Shown one piece after another: positions 1-9,852 of a stretch of DNA of 47,142 nt. The DNA lies in NCBI GenBank assembly GCA_947589525.1, contig CANQAW010000001.1, positions 1-47,142 of the forward strand. Reading direction: 5' to 3'. Position 1 is the first letter of the stretch, and each line of letters begins with the position of its first letter. A model generated the notes under the pieces. The model was given only the letters and a program-made list of their open reading frames with translations. It searched no databases and was not told where the DNA came from. The translations under genes and the position numbers were made by a program. Source of the DNA: Candidatus Gastranaerophilales bacterium. Its GTDB lineage: Bacteria > Cyanobacteriota > Vampirovibrionia > Gastranaerophilales > Gastranaerophilaceae.

Positions 1-1733
1 TGTGATAAAGTCTTCTCGACATTATATATGGGTACTATTACAGACAATTTTTTTCTGTACCAAGAAGGAAAGATATTTACATAATTATTATGTCTAGAAT
101 CTATAGCATGTTTTACTTTTGACATATTATCAATATCTTCATAAGATGGAAAATCTGCAAATAAATTAATCCATTTTTCGACAATACTATTATCCATATA
201 TACATTTTTATTACCAAAAATTGAATTCATATCTCTTGAAAAATTAACAATTCCAGCACTTATATATGGATATATTTCAATACGTTTCTGTTCTTCAGTA
301 GAAATATTTTTGTGTATTGCTTCGTTATTCAAAATATTTTCGATTGGAGGTTCAGGAGCTGTCATAAGTAGCTCCATAAAATTCCAATCTCTAAAATAAG
401 CTTTTTCCTTTGAATCTTCTTTAAAAAAAGCAGAATAAGATAATTTTTTATCTTTAGATGTTTGCCAATAGTATCCTTTAATTTTTTTTCCTAATCCACA
501 ATTTATAAGTTTTTGAGCTGAAAATTCCCGACTAAATGTATCAACAGTACAAGTAACATCAGTGTTTATTTTTTTTATTGATAAGTAATTTTTGTATTGT
601 TCTATTTCAATCTTAGCGAATTCCCTTATTTCATTTTCATATTTATTAAATAAATTTACTGCTTCTTCAAGATTACAAAAATCTGAAAATTCTTTTTTTA
701 AATTCTCGGATTTATCTTTATAATAGTTTAAAATTATTTTTAATTTATCTAATTGATTATCAAAATCCAAGGTGCATATTAAATTTAAAAATCTTGGAGC
801 ATATATATAATGAGTTGAGATATTATTACCAAAAGTATCAAAAACTTTTTTTAAACTATAGCCGTCTCTTGCGACAAACATAATATCATTTATACCATCT
901 TGTTTAACTTGTTCTTCTAACCATTTCATATAAGAATAGCAAGTTATTCCACCATATTCATATCCGACTTTTTCCCAATAATTTTTATTGTAATCACTTT
1001 TTATAGCATTGATTGCCAACACACCTACTAATATTGATTTTTGCAAATTATCAATAAAATTAGAAATTGGCTTATGTTTATTATTCTGCAAATATTTTTC
1101 AACAACTTTTGGATAATGATAAGCGGTAATTCCTATATCACTTGCCTTTATAACATCAGAGTCATAGTTATCACCAATATGTAAAATTTCATTTGGGGAA
1201 ATATTTAACTCATCTATTAAGTGATTATATAAATCCCCGGTCCATTTTGTTAATTTTACATCACTAGATAAATACAGTTCTGTAAAACCTACATAACCTT
1301 TTTTATTTAGAACATTTAACAAGAACTCCTTAGACAAATACATATCAGAGGTTATTATTATTTTTTTATTGCAACTTTTAGCATATTCAAAAACCTCTTT
1401 TATTTCAGGATTAACTTGTAAAACTTGATATTCTAATTCAAGTTCTTTGTTTTTCAAATACTTAAAGCGAAAATCAATATTATCATATATATCATCAAAA
1501 GTTATATCTTCGTAACTTGACAATTCTCTTGCAATTTTCTCGGCTTTAATTCTGGCATTTGCAAAACCACTTAAATTTTCTAATTTTTCTAAATGTTCAA
1601 ATAAATCCGTAGGTTTTACATAAGGTCTCAAAAGTAAAGTGTCAAATATATCAAATGAGATTACATCATGTTTTAAAATCATTTGCTTTAAGCTATTTAT
1701 ATTAGTATCAAGATTAATATTTTCTATTTTCAT
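1..1733 (-). CDS. HAD-like hydrolase domain protein with a C-terminal family-2 glycosyltransferase domain (3' end runs off the window)
   Basis: Absent from the ORF track because it has no in-window stop. My reverse-strand translation from the ATG at 1733-1731 stays open to base 3. It reads MKIENINLD..FDIFDTLLLRP (HAD motif I DxDxT)..ITSDM..GDNYDSD (motif IV) and ends ..KLSVIVPIYNVEKTLS, the start of a GT2 fold. The ATG overlaps the upstream stop (TAATG). Confidence 0.75.
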   Translation of the reverse strand, partial: MKIENINLDTNINSLKQMILKHDVISFDIFDTLLLRPYVKPTDLFEHLEKLENLSGFANARIKAEKIARELSSYEDITFDDIYDNIDFRFKYLKNKELELEYQVLQVNPEIKEVFEYAKSCNKKIIITSDMYLSKEFLLNVLNKKGYVGFTELYLSSDVKLTKWTGDLYNHLIDELNISPNEILHIGDNYDSDVIKASDIGITAYHYPKVVEKYLQNNKHKPISNFIDNLQKSILVGVLAINAIKSDYNKNYWEKVGYEYGGITCYSYMKWLEEQVKQDGINDIMFVARDGYSLKKVFDTFGNNISTHYIYAPRFLNLICTLDFDNQLDKLKIILNYYKDKSENLKKEFSDFCNLEEAVNLFNKYENEIREFAKIEIEQYKNYLSIKKINTDVTCTVDTFSREFSAQKLINCGLGKKIKGYYWQTSKDKKLSYSAFFKEDSKEKAYFRDWNFMELLMTAPEPPIENILNNEAIHKNISTEEQKRIEIYPYISAGIVNFSRDMNSIFGNKNVYMDNSIVEKWINLFADFPSYEDIDNMSKVKHAIDSRHNNYVNIFPSWYRKKLSVIVPIYNVEKTLS

Positions 1734-2743
1734 TATTTTTTCCTCTTAATGTTAAATTTTATTCCGAAAATGCAGATAGTTTTATGCTTTTTATCCGCAG
1801 AATTTTTAATCGAAAATATTTTTTCTATTAAAGTATAATTTTGTTTAATAAGTATTTCTTCTTTAAGAGAATTTAACTTGTTTAAATAGTCAATTTTTAG
1901 TAATTCAACTTTGTATTTATCTTCTACAGGAACCATTTCTTTAGTTCGATTACTATAGCTTTCTAATAAATATTGTAAATTTCCATAATTATTTAAAAAT
2001 AGAAATTCATTTGAATATAATGAAAGCATCAAATTATACCAGTTATACATATGCGAAATACCACTATCAAAAGATTTATTGGACGTAGCTACCTCCATAA
2101 TAGAAGTTGGTCTTAATCTGTAATGATGATAAATTTCATTATCAAAATAAGCTTTATTTGATACAAAGAAGAAATACCACATAAAATAAATGTCTTCATA
2201 CAATAAGCCTTCGATAAACTTAATATTGTTTTGTTTAATAACCGAAGTTTTAAAAATTTTATTCCAAACATGAATATTAGTGTTAAAACCTATGTCAAAA
2301 TTGAGATTAAATAATCCATCTCGTTTTATGCTTATATAGTTATCAATTCCGTCTAATGATTGTATACATTTGTCTTCACAGAATGCTTTTGAACCAAAAC
2401 AAAAATAATCTATCTCAAAATTATTAAATATATTTATAGCATATTCAAATAATGTAGATTCAATATAGTCATCACTATCCAAAAAGTATACATAAGGTGC
2501 CGTAACATATTTTAAACCGGTATTTCTTGCCGCTGCCAATCCTTTGTTCTCTTGGGATATAACTTTTATACGACTATCTTTTTGCTCATACTCGTTCAAA
2601 ATCTCTAAAGAACCATCCATTGAACCATCATTTACACAGATAATCTCGATATCGTTTATCGTTTGATTAATCACGCTATCCAGACATTTTTTCAGGTATT
2701 TTACAGTATTATAAACCGGAATAATTACGCTAATTTTAGACAC
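1733..2743 (-). CDS. glycosyltransferase family 2
   Basis: ISVIIPVYN..NDGSMDGS..LDSDD (DxD) motifs; start and stop overlap the neighbouring genes. Confidence 0.85.
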   Translation of the reverse strand: MSKISVIIPVYNTVKYLKKCLDSVINQTINDIEIICVNDGSMDGSLEILNEYEQKDSRIKVISQENKGLAAARNTGLKYVTAPYVYFLDSDDYIESTLFEYAINIFNNFEIDYFCFGSKAFCEDKCIQSLDGIDNYISIKRDGLFNLNFDIGFNTNIHVWNKIFKTSVIKQNNIKFIEGLLYEDIYFMWYFFFVSNKAYFDNEIYHHYRLRPTSIMEVATSNKSFDSGISHMYNWYNLMLSLYSNEFLFLNNYGNLQYLLESYSNRTKEMVPVEDKYKVELLKIDYLNKLNSLKEEILIKQNYTLIEKIFSIKNSADKKHKTICIFGIKFNIKRKK

Positions 2744-3839
2744 GAATATTTCTCCTGATTTTCAATTTACAACCTAAAAATGTTATAATTTTATGAGTTT
2801 TTCTTCTGTTATTTTTTAAGGAAAATATATTTTGCAAAAAGGAATTTTTAGGAGAATCACTAAATGCTTCATAAAATTGTTCAAATTTATCATTTAAAAT
2901 TAGGTTAATATAATATTTATCAGTATCACTCATTTGTGTATATTTAAAGGTTTTATCATCTTTTATTTCCCAATAAAGTTGCTTAACTTTATCAAAATAT
3001 TCTCTCCGATATTGACGCTCTATATTAACTAAAAAAGTAAAATTTGCATGAAAAAAATGAGCATACATATACTCTTTAAACAATTCATAATAACCAAATT
3101 GTTTTAATAGTTTTTTAACTTCTCCACATTGATATGCCATTATCATACATTTTTTGCCAAAATGTCCTGTAGAATTCCCCTGATTGGGTTCTAAACGCCA
3201 ATTATATAAATATTCTGGTAATATTGCAATCCGTTTTGCTTTACAGTAATTTTCAACTGCAAAAGGATAATCCTGATACGATGCACCTTGTGTTGCATTA
3301 ATTTTAATATTATTTTCAATCAAAAAACTTTTTTTATATATATTTGACCATATTGATGCATGATAATTCATTAATCCAATCAATTCATCAATTTTACAAG
3401 CTTTATTACATTCTAGAGATTCAATATTTTCAATTTTACTTTTCCATTTTTTAAATTTATTTAGCCTGTATGAATTATAAGTATTGAATCCGCACTTACA
3501 AATATCTGCGTTATAATCTTTAGCTCGATTATATAACTTTTCGTACATTGTCGCGTCAATAAAGTCGTCAGTTTCAACTATGCCGATATATTCGCCCGTT
3601 GCAGCTTCAATTCCCGCATTAACTGCACTACCGTAGCCACCATTTTCTTTATGGATAGGTTTTATGCGACTATCTTTTGTTGCATATTCATCCATCATCA
3701 TACCGCAATTATCGGGTGAACCGTCATCAACAGGTATAATTTCAATATCTTCTAAAGTTTGATTTATTACACTCTCAATACATTGTCTAAAATATTTTTC
3801 TACATTATAAGTAGGCATTATTATTGATACTTTTGGCAT
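2736..3839 (-). CDS. glycosyltransferase family 2
   Basis: VSIIMPTYN..VDDGSPD..VETDD motifs; paralogous to the next gene (shared ASYQD, WS.IYK). Confidence 0.85.
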   Translation of the reverse strand: MPKVSIIMPTYNVEKYFRQCIESVINQTLEDIEIIPVDDGSPDNCGMMMDEYATKDSRIKPIHKENGGYGSAVNAGIEAATGEYIGIVETDDFIDATMYEKLYNRAKDYNADICKCGFNTYNSYRLNKFKKWKSKIENIESLECNKACKIDELIGLMNYHASIWSNIYKKSFLIENNIKINATQGASYQDYPFAVENYCKAKRIAILPEYLYNWRLEPNQGNSTGHFGKKCMIMAYQCGEVKKLLKQFGYYELFKEYMYAHFFHANFTFLVNIERQYRREYFDKVKQLYWEIKDDKTFKYTQMSDTDKYYINLILNDKFEQFYEAFSDSPKNSFLQNIFSLKNNRRKTHKIITFLGCKLKIRRNIRV

Positions 3840-4928
3840 TTACCCTATCTCCATAATTTGTTTTCCAAAAAGAACAATACTAATTCTTGAAGAATTTATC
3901 CTAATGGAAAATTGTTTCTGTCTTTTTTCTATCCTTTGTTGTTTTACTGAAAGATTATCTATATATGCTCTAAATGCTTGTTTATCATTTAAGAGCATTG
4001 ATAATTCTTCCGGTTTAACCTTTTTATAAAAATCTTGTGTAATTTCGTTATTTTGAGAAAATTCTAAAAATTCAGTTTGAAATTTATTTATAAACTCGTC
4101 TCTATATTGTTCATCAATTCTTGCAGCATTCCATTTATAAGCGTTAAATTGTGTTGATAATTTAACAGGATTTGCAATAGCCTTTATTTCAGGGCGTGCA
4201 TTAAAGTATTTTGTTATTTCTGCATATTCATCACAAATACAGTAAACCTTATTTTTTTGTTTTACTGATGAATTTTCATTATCGTTTCTATAATATAAGT
4301 AGCTTTTTTGAGTGAATACAATTCTTTTAGCCGTTGATAATGTTTTGAATGAAAAAGAAGTATCTTGATAACTTGCGCCGGGTGTTTCTAAAAATTTAAT
4401 GTCATTTTCTTCTAAGAATTCTCTTTTATATATTGCACTCCATATTGACGGAATGATTTTTAAAATCATATTATCGTTTTTAATGTTAAAAATTTTGTTA
4501 CATTTATTTTTTGCAATTTTTCCTGCTTTTCTTGCTCTATTTTCTTTGGTTGAATAGTAATAAAAATCTGATTTTACTATATCAGCGTTATTTTTCAGCC
4601 CAATATTATATAAATTATTGAACATTTTTAAATCAGCAAAATCATCTGGCTCAACAATTCCAACATATTCACCTGTGGCTATTTCAAGTCCCCTGTTCAT
4701 AGAAGCACCATAACCTGAATTATCTTTATTTATGACTTTAATTCTCTTGTCTTTAAACCTGTATTCTTGCAGAATTCGAGAGGAATTATCTGTTGAACCG
4801 TCATTTATGCAAATAATTTCAATATCTTTTAATGTTTGGTTTATAAGGCTATCTAAACATTCACGCAAATATTTTTCGACATTATAAATCGGTACTAAAA
4901 TTGAAACTTTGGGTTTAATTGTATTCAT
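3840..4928 (-). CDS. glycosyltransferase family 2
   Basis: VSILVPIYN..NDGSTDNS..VEPDD motifs. Confidence 0.85.
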   Translation of the reverse strand: MNTIKPKVSILVPIYNVEKYLRECLDSLINQTLKDIEIICINDGSTDNSSRILQEYRFKDKRIKVINKDNSGYGASMNRGLEIATGEYVGIVEPDDFADLKMFNNLYNIGLKNNADIVKSDFYYYSTKENRARKAGKIAKNKCNKIFNIKNDNMILKIIPSIWSAIYKREFLEENDIKFLETPGASYQDTSFSFKTLSTAKRIVFTQKSYLYYRNDNENSSVKQKNKVYCICDEYAEITKYFNARPEIKAIANPVKLSTQFNAYKWNAARIDEQYRDEFINKFQTEFLEFSQNNEITQDFYKKVKPEELSMLLNDKQAFRAYIDNLSVKQQRIEKRQKQFSIRINSSRISIVLFGKQIMEIG

Positions 4929-5825
4929 CTATACCAACACTCCCTGTTCCATTTGATATTCTTGGATAATCTCTGATACATAATTATAGTAATTATTTTT
5001 CTTGCCATATTTTAGTATTTGTAATTCCAAATCTTTATCGGAAATCAATTTATGATTCAGTGCAATTTCTTCAAGACAAGCAATTTTTTCGCCTTTATTT
5101 AATTCCATACCTTGAATAAAATTGCTTGCTTGAAGCATAGAATCGTGTGTTCCTGTATCAAGCCAAGTAAAACCTCTGCCTAATATTTCTACATTTAGCA
5201 TACTATTTTCAAGATAAATTTTGTTTAAATCTGTTATTTCAAGTTCACCTCTTGCAGATGGTAATAATTCTTTTGCAAATTTACAAACATTTTTATCGTA
5301 AAAATACAGACCTGTAACTGCATATCTGGATTTTGGCATTATTGGTTTTTCTTCGATCGATACGACTTTTTTATTTCTGTCAAATTCAACAACACCGAAT
5401 CTTTCTGGGTCTTTTACTTTATAACCAAAAACAGTCGCACCGATATTATGTTCTATTGCGTTTTTCATTAAGGTTGAAAAGCCTAATCCATGAAATATAT
5501 TGTCCCCAAGAATAAGTGCAACATCTTCATTCCCAATAAAATCTTCACCTATTAAAAATGCGTCAGCAATTCCTTTTTGAACATATTGAATTTTATATTG
5601 TATGTTAATTCCAAATTTTGAGCCGTCCCCTAATAATTTTTTGAAATTATCAAAATCATCTTCATTTGTTATTATCAGAATGTCTTTTATACCTGCAAGC
5701 ATAAGAGTTGATAACGGATAATAAATCATCGGTTTATCATAAATCGGAAGCAATATTTTGGATATAGGTAATGAAGCAGGATATAATCTTGTGCCTGCCC
5801 CTGCAGCTAAAATTATTCCTTTCAT
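4929..5825 (-). CDS. rfbA: glucose-1-phosphate thymidylyltransferase
   Basis: MKGIILAAGAGTRLYP..LLPIYDKPMIYYPLS..LGDNIF..ERFGVVEFD..EEKP..TGLYFYD..SARGELEITD..LGRGFTWLDTGTH. Full-length RmlA/RfbA pattern recognised from memory. Confidence 0.85.
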   Translation of the reverse strand: MKGIILAAGAGTRLYPASLPISKILLPIYDKPMIYYPLSTLMLAGIKDILIITNEDDFDNFKKLLGDGSKFGINIQYKIQYVQKGIADAFLIGEDFIGNEDVALILGDNIFHGLGFSTLMKNAIEHNIGATVFGYKVKDPERFGVVEFDRNKKVVSIEEKPIMPKSRYAVTGLYFYDKNVCKFAKELLPSARGELEITDLNKIYLENSMLNVEILGRGFTWLDTGTHDSMLQASNFIQGMELNKGEKIACLEEIALNHKLISDKDLELQILKYGKKNNYYNYVSEIIQEYQMEQGVLV

Positions 5826-6832
5826 CTATTTGCCTCCTTTATAGTTTTATCGAGACATTTTTCCCATTCATAAGCTGTTTTAATACTGTCCCTTAAAGTT
5901 TTTTCAGGAGTCCATTTTAAAATTTCTTTTGCTTTTGAATTATCAGCAACAAGTTGAGTAGGATCCCCTTCACGTCTATTTATATTATTTACGGATATTT
6001 TTTGTCCCGTTATTTCTTTACATAATTCAAAAACTTCTTTTACCGTGCATCCTTCTTTTGTTCCTAAATTGAAAAAGTCCGTATTACCACCTTTTAAAAG
6101 ATATTCAAGAGCTAAAATATGTGCTTGTACTAAATCTTCAACATTGACATAATCTCTTACGCAGGTACCATCTTTTGTATCGTAATCCGTTCCGTAAATT
6201 TTAAATGGTTCACCGCCTTGAAACGTTGACTTTAAAATTTTGGGAATTAAATGTGTTTCAGGATCGTGCCATTCACCGATTCTTGTTTTACTGTCAGCAC
6301 CTGCAACATTAAAATATCTAAGTCTGACAGATTTTACATTATATGCCCTGTCATAATCTTCCATTATGCCTTCTATTGCTAATTTTGTTTTACCGTAGGG
6401 ATTTATTGGTTTTTGAGGATGTGTTTCGTCTATTGGTACATATTTAGGTTCCCCATATGTTGCAGCTGTTGAAGAAAAGACAATTTTATTTACATTATTT
6501 CTTCTCATAATATCAAGCAAATTTAATGTTCCTATAACGTTATTTCTGTAATACCTGTCCGGATTTGCAACAGATTCCCCAACCTGAGACAGAGCTGCAA
6601 AATGAATAACAGCATCAATTTTTGAGCAAAAAGCATTGTTTATTTCATTAGGATTTAATAAATTTCCTTTTACAAAATGTAATTTATTTTGCCCTATAGA
6701 AGATAGTTTATTGATTGTTTCAATATGCCCTGTTGAAAGGTTATCAAAAACAACAACCTCATAACCTTTTTCAAGAAGTGCTAAAACGCAATGACTTCCT
6801 ATATATCCTGCACCGCCGGTTACTAAAATCAT
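5822..6832 (-). CDS. galE: UDP-glucose 4-epimerase
   Basis: MILVTGGAGYIGSH Rossmann motif, SSTAATYG, YGKTK (YxxxK), 336 aa. Confidence 0.85.
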   Translation of the reverse strand: MILVTGGAGYIGSHCVLALLEKGYEVVVFDNLSTGHIETINKLSSIGQNKLHFVKGNLLNPNEINNAFCSKIDAVIHFAALSQVGESVANPDRYYRNNVIGTLNLLDIMRRNNVNKIVFSSTAATYGEPKYVPIDETHPQKPINPYGKTKLAIEGIMEDYDRAYNVKSVRLRYFNVAGADSKTRIGEWHDPETHLIPKILKSTFQGGEPFKIYGTDYDTKDGTCVRDYVNVEDLVQAHILALEYLLKGGNTDFFNLGTKEGCTVKEVFELCKEITGQKISVNNINRREGDPTQLVADNSKAKEILKWTPEKTLRDSIKTAYEWEKCLDKTIKEANR

Positions 6833-7935
6833 TTACAAACCTCCTCAAAAAGTTCAATTGCTCTTAAAATTGCTTTATCCATGTCGTAATATTTGTAATC
6901 GCCCAATCTACCCAAGAAATAAACATTATCCAATTTCTTCGTTTCTTCCAAATATTTGTTATAAAGCACCGTATTTTCATCTTTTGGAATAGGATAATAT
7001 CTTTCGTTTTTGCCTAACTCAAAAAATTCGGAATACTCTTTTGCAATAACAGTTTTTTCTGACTTATCACCAAGATAGTATTTGTACTCATGAATTCTTG
7101 TGAAATCGTAATTGCAAGGGTAATTTACACATGCATTTGATTGATAATATTCTTTGTTATGAGTTTCAAATTTAAAATTCACGCTTCTATAAGGTAATTG
7201 TCCGAATTTGTAGTTAAAATACTCATCAATAGGTCCTGTATAGAAAATCCTGTCAAATTTACTTGCATCAACATCCTTAAACTCAGTATTTAAACGAACT
7301 TCAATATTTTTATGGTCAAGCATTTTTTCAACGACTTTTGTATAGCCCTCTAATGGAATACCTTGATATTTATCCTGAAAATATCTGTTATCTTTACTTA
7401 AATAAACCGGAACTCGAGCAGTTACAGCTCCATCTACATCTTTTGGTGGTACACCCCATTGTTTTGTTGTATAGTGCAAAAATATTTTTTCATATACATA
7501 ATTCGCAAGATATTTCAAATCGTCGTCATCTTGTTTTTGGAATTCTAAAATCGGAACTTTTGTGTTGTATGCAAAATTATCTAACAATTTTTCTTCAAGA
7601 TTTTTTGCCATAGTTTTTGGGAAAACTTGATAAAGCGTGTTAAAGTTGAATGGGATTTGAGCTTCAATTCCATCCAAATAACCTACAACTTTGTGCATAT
7701 AAGTATTAAAATCAGTAAATTGCTTTAAATATGCCCAAACTTTTTCTGATTTTGTATGGAAAATATGTGAACCATATTTGTGAATCATAATGCCGTTTTC
7801 ATCACGATAGTCAAAACAATTCCCTGCAATATGGTCTTTTTTGTCTATGATAACAACTTCTTCATCAAGTTGTGTAGCTATTAAATTTGCAATTGTAGCA
7901 CCACTAAATCCTGCACCAACCACTAAATTCTTCAT
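6829..7935 (-). CDS. glf: UDP-galactopyranose mutase
   Basis: N-terminal VVGAGFSGATIA FAD fold, 368 aa, overall Glf-like sequence (HKYGSHIFHT, YPIP..N, LGRLGDYKYYDMD). Confidence 0.8.
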   Translation of the reverse strand: MKNLVVGAGFSGATIANLIATQLDEEVVIIDKKDHIAGNCFDYRDENGIMIHKYGSHIFHTKSEKVWAYLKQFTDFNTYMHKVVGYLDGIEAQIPFNFNTLYQVFPKTMAKNLEEKLLDNFAYNTKVPILEFQKQDDDDLKYLANYVYEKIFLHYTTKQWGVPPKDVDGAVTARVPVYLSKDNRYFQDKYQGIPLEGYTKVVEKMLDHKNIEVRLNTEFKDVDASKFDRIFYTGPIDEYFNYKFGQLPYRSVNFKFETHNKEYYQSNACVNYPCNYDFTRIHEYKYYLGDKSEKTVIAKEYSEFFELGKNERYYPIPKDENTVLYNKYLEETKKLDNVYFLGRLGDYKYYDMDKAILRAIELFEEVCK

Positions 7936-8837
7936 ACTTGCACCTCTTGTATTGGAATCAACCCAAATAGTAAATGTTTTTCTGTATGTAAACTTTCTTT
8001 TATCCTGTATATAGATATTCCAAAAAATTTAAAATCTTTCTTTATAGCCCAAAAATTTTTATCTCTTACATTTACATTGTGTTCTTTCAAAAAACATAAA
8101 ACTTCTTTATTAGCATTATTTTTATCAGTTCTCATTTTTTTTAAATGTTGAACTCTACGATTATTTACTGTAGAATTTGGGTTACTAAAGTAGTAATAAT
8201 TAATATTAGGAACTGTTACAATGCCATTAGCGTAATAAATTGTTTTTAAAGTAAAAATTCTATCTTCACAATAAACATCCTCAGGCCATTTGATATCATG
8301 TTTCAGTAATAAATCTCTCTTATAGATTTTATTTGTAGGGCAAGGATTTTTCCATTGTACATTGATATCAAATTTATCTTGCACAGAAGTATATTCTTTT
8401 TCTTCAGTGATATTTAAACGTTTCTTATTGCAATTTTTCTTAACTCTAACATTTGTTCCAAGAGCAATATCAAAATTATGATTTTTTGCAGTATTATATA
8501 ATTTTTCATAAAAGTCTAAATCAACCCAATCATCTGAATCAACAAAACCAATATATTCACCTGTTGCAATTTTCATGCCTGCATTTCTCGCAGCACCCTG
8601 CTTTTTGTTTTCTTGTTCAATTATTTTTATTCTGGGATCTTTATTAGCAAATTTTCTTACAGTTATCATTGAGTTATCTGTTGAACCGTCATTAACGCAG
8701 ATAATTTCAATATCTTGCAGAGTTTGGTTAACTAAGCTACTCAAACATTTTCCAATATATTTTTCTGTGTTATAAATAGGAACAATAACTGAAACTTTTA
8801 CCACTACTACAAGCCTATCTTGGAGAACTTTCTCCAT
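7932..8837 (-). CDS. glycosyltransferase family 2
   Basis: VSVIVPIYN..NDGSTDNS..VDSDD. The N-terminus is uncertain: an in-frame GTG at 8804 would give M-VKVSVIVPIYN, like the sibling GT2s. Confidence 0.8.
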   Translation of the reverse strand: MEKVLQDRLVVVVKVSVIVPIYNTEKYIGKCLSSLVNQTLQDIEIICVNDGSTDNSMITVRKFANKDPRIKIIEQENKKQGAARNAGMKIATGEYIGFVDSDDWVDLDFYEKLYNTAKNHNFDIALGTNVRVKKNCNKKRLNITEEKEYTSVQDKFDINVQWKNPCPTNKIYKRDLLLKHDIKWPEDVYCEDRIFTLKTIYYANGIVTVPNINYYYFSNPNSTVNNRRVQHLKKMRTDKNNANKEVLCFLKEHNVNVRDKNFWAIKKDFKFFGISIYRIKESLHTEKHLLFGLIPIQEVQV

Positions 8838-8875
8838 TTATTTCTATCATCACTTCCAAGCAGTTTTTCGATACA

Positions 8876-8892
8876 TTTTAGGTCTTTTGTAT
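8876..8892 (-). repeat. repeat A copy 1 (inverted orientation)
   Basis: The plus strand reads TTTTAGGTCTTTTGTAT, the exact reverse complement (17/17) of 9026-9042. Confidence 0.9.
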
Positions 8893-8894
8893 TG

Positions 8895-8918
8895 AAAGCA
8901 CATAACACAAGGCTTTTA
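8895..8918 (+). repeat. repeat B copy 1
   Basis: AAAGCACATAACACAAGGCTTTTA. Its last 15 nt are identical to 9093-9107. It matches the reverse complement of 42696-42719 at 21/24 positions without gaps. It is preceded by TGTATTG (TG at 8888). Confidence 0.85.
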
Positions 8919-9025
8919 GCCATAAAATTAAAATAAAATTTAATATTTTGATTACATTTTTTAATATTGATGAATTCCTAATATGTTTGTGTTATGCTTA
9001 TTTCAGAGAATGAGCATTAGGTTCG

Positions 9026-9042
9026 ATACAAAAGACCTAAAA
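9026..9042 (+). repeat. repeat A copy 2
   Basis: ATACAAAAGACCTAAAA, the inverted partner of 8876-8892. ATTATCGGAATTTT follows, and that word recurs at 9225-9238. Confidence 0.9.
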
Positions 9043-9092
9043 ATTATCGGAATTTTGAATATCGAAATCCAACTCGCATGTAAATGTCAGTA

Positions 9093-9107
9093 AACACAAG
9101 GCTTTTA
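9093..9107 (+). repeat. repeat B copy 2
   Basis: AACACAAGGCTTTTA, 15/15 identical to 8904-8918. Confidence 0.85.
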
Positions 9108-9172
9108 TATAAATTAACAAATATATTAAAATCTTTTTGTTTGTGCTATTCTTTAAAAAAAGTGGTTTTTAG

Positions 9173-9185
9173 TACAAAAGACCTA
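9173..9185 (+). repeat. repeat A copy 3 (partial)
   Basis: TACAAAAGACCTA, 13/13 identical to the core of 9026-9042. Confidence 0.8.
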
Positions 9186-9240
9186 TTATGTAATGGAACT
9201 AAAATTGTAATGTTCCTTTTTTATTATCGGAGTTTTTGCT

Positions 9241-9783
9241 TTATATCACAAAGTTTGTGTAGCTTTCATCTATTTCATCCTGTTCAATTCCAATGTATCT
9301 TAATGTGATTTCAGGAGATGAGTGATTGAATATTTTTTGCAACATTGCAACATCTTTGAATTTTTTGTAGTGATGATAGCCAAAAGTTTTTCTCATCGTA
9401 TGTGTCCCAAACTTATCTTCCAAACCTGCTTCTTCACATGCCGTTCGGATGATATAATATGCCGCAACTCGTGCAAGCCTATTTCCAAACTTTGTTTCAA
9501 ACAATGGCAAATCAAGCCTTTTACCTTTGGTGTATATTGCAAAGAGTTCTTTTAATTTTGAATTAATGGGGAATTTCTTAAATTTCCCTGTTTTCTTTTC
9601 GGTTAATTGAATAAAATTTCTGTTCTTAACATCTCCGACATTTAGCTTTAAAATGTCTGAAATTCTTAAACCACAGTTTGTTCCTATTGTGAAAAACACA
9701 AGATTTCTTAAACTTTGTCTTGCAAGAATATTTTCTACTTTACGAATATCCTCTACATTTCTAATTGGTTCTACAGTACCCAT
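9241..9783 (-). CDS. short (catalytic-domain-only) tyrosine recombinase
   Basis: 180 aa. GLRISDIL (Arg I), GTHTMRKTFGY (H-x-x-R), HSSPEITLRYIG (His plus the Tyr nucleophile). It has its own RBS (AAGGAGAC). Confidence 0.8.
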   Translation of the reverse strand: MGTVEPIRNVEDIRKVENILARQSLRNLVFFTIGTNCGLRISDILKLNVGDVKNRNFIQLTEKKTGKFKKFPINSKLKELFAIYTKGKRLDLPLFETKFGNRLARVAAYYIIRTACEEAGLEDKFGTHTMRKTFGYHHYKKFKDVAMLQKIFNHSSPEITLRYIGIEQDEIDESYTNFVI

Positions 9784-9852
9784 TTTTGTCTCCTTTATAA
9801 CTTAGAATCTTTTATACAGGGGAAAAAGATTCAATCTAACAACACTTTTAGG

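Noticed and set aside
9084-9308. A 74-aa plus-strand ORF in the repeat field left of the recombinase.
   Set aside because: It runs through repeats B2 and A3 and into the 3' end of the recombinase gene. It has no RBS and a junk-like composition.
9808-9846. A gapped inverted similarity between 9808-9846 (TCTTTTATACAGGGGAAAAAGATTCAATCTAACAAC) and the reverse complement of about 42590-42633 (TCTTTTACAGGGGGAAATTC..AATCAATCAAACATC), considered as alternative prophage ends that would exclude the recombinase.
   Set aside because: The alignment needs several indels. The left copy is already explained as a 9-bp hairpin downstream of gpG (9805-9813/9824-9832). The only TG in this interval (9787) would place the recombinase RBS inside the phage. 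It is kept only as a weak alternative.
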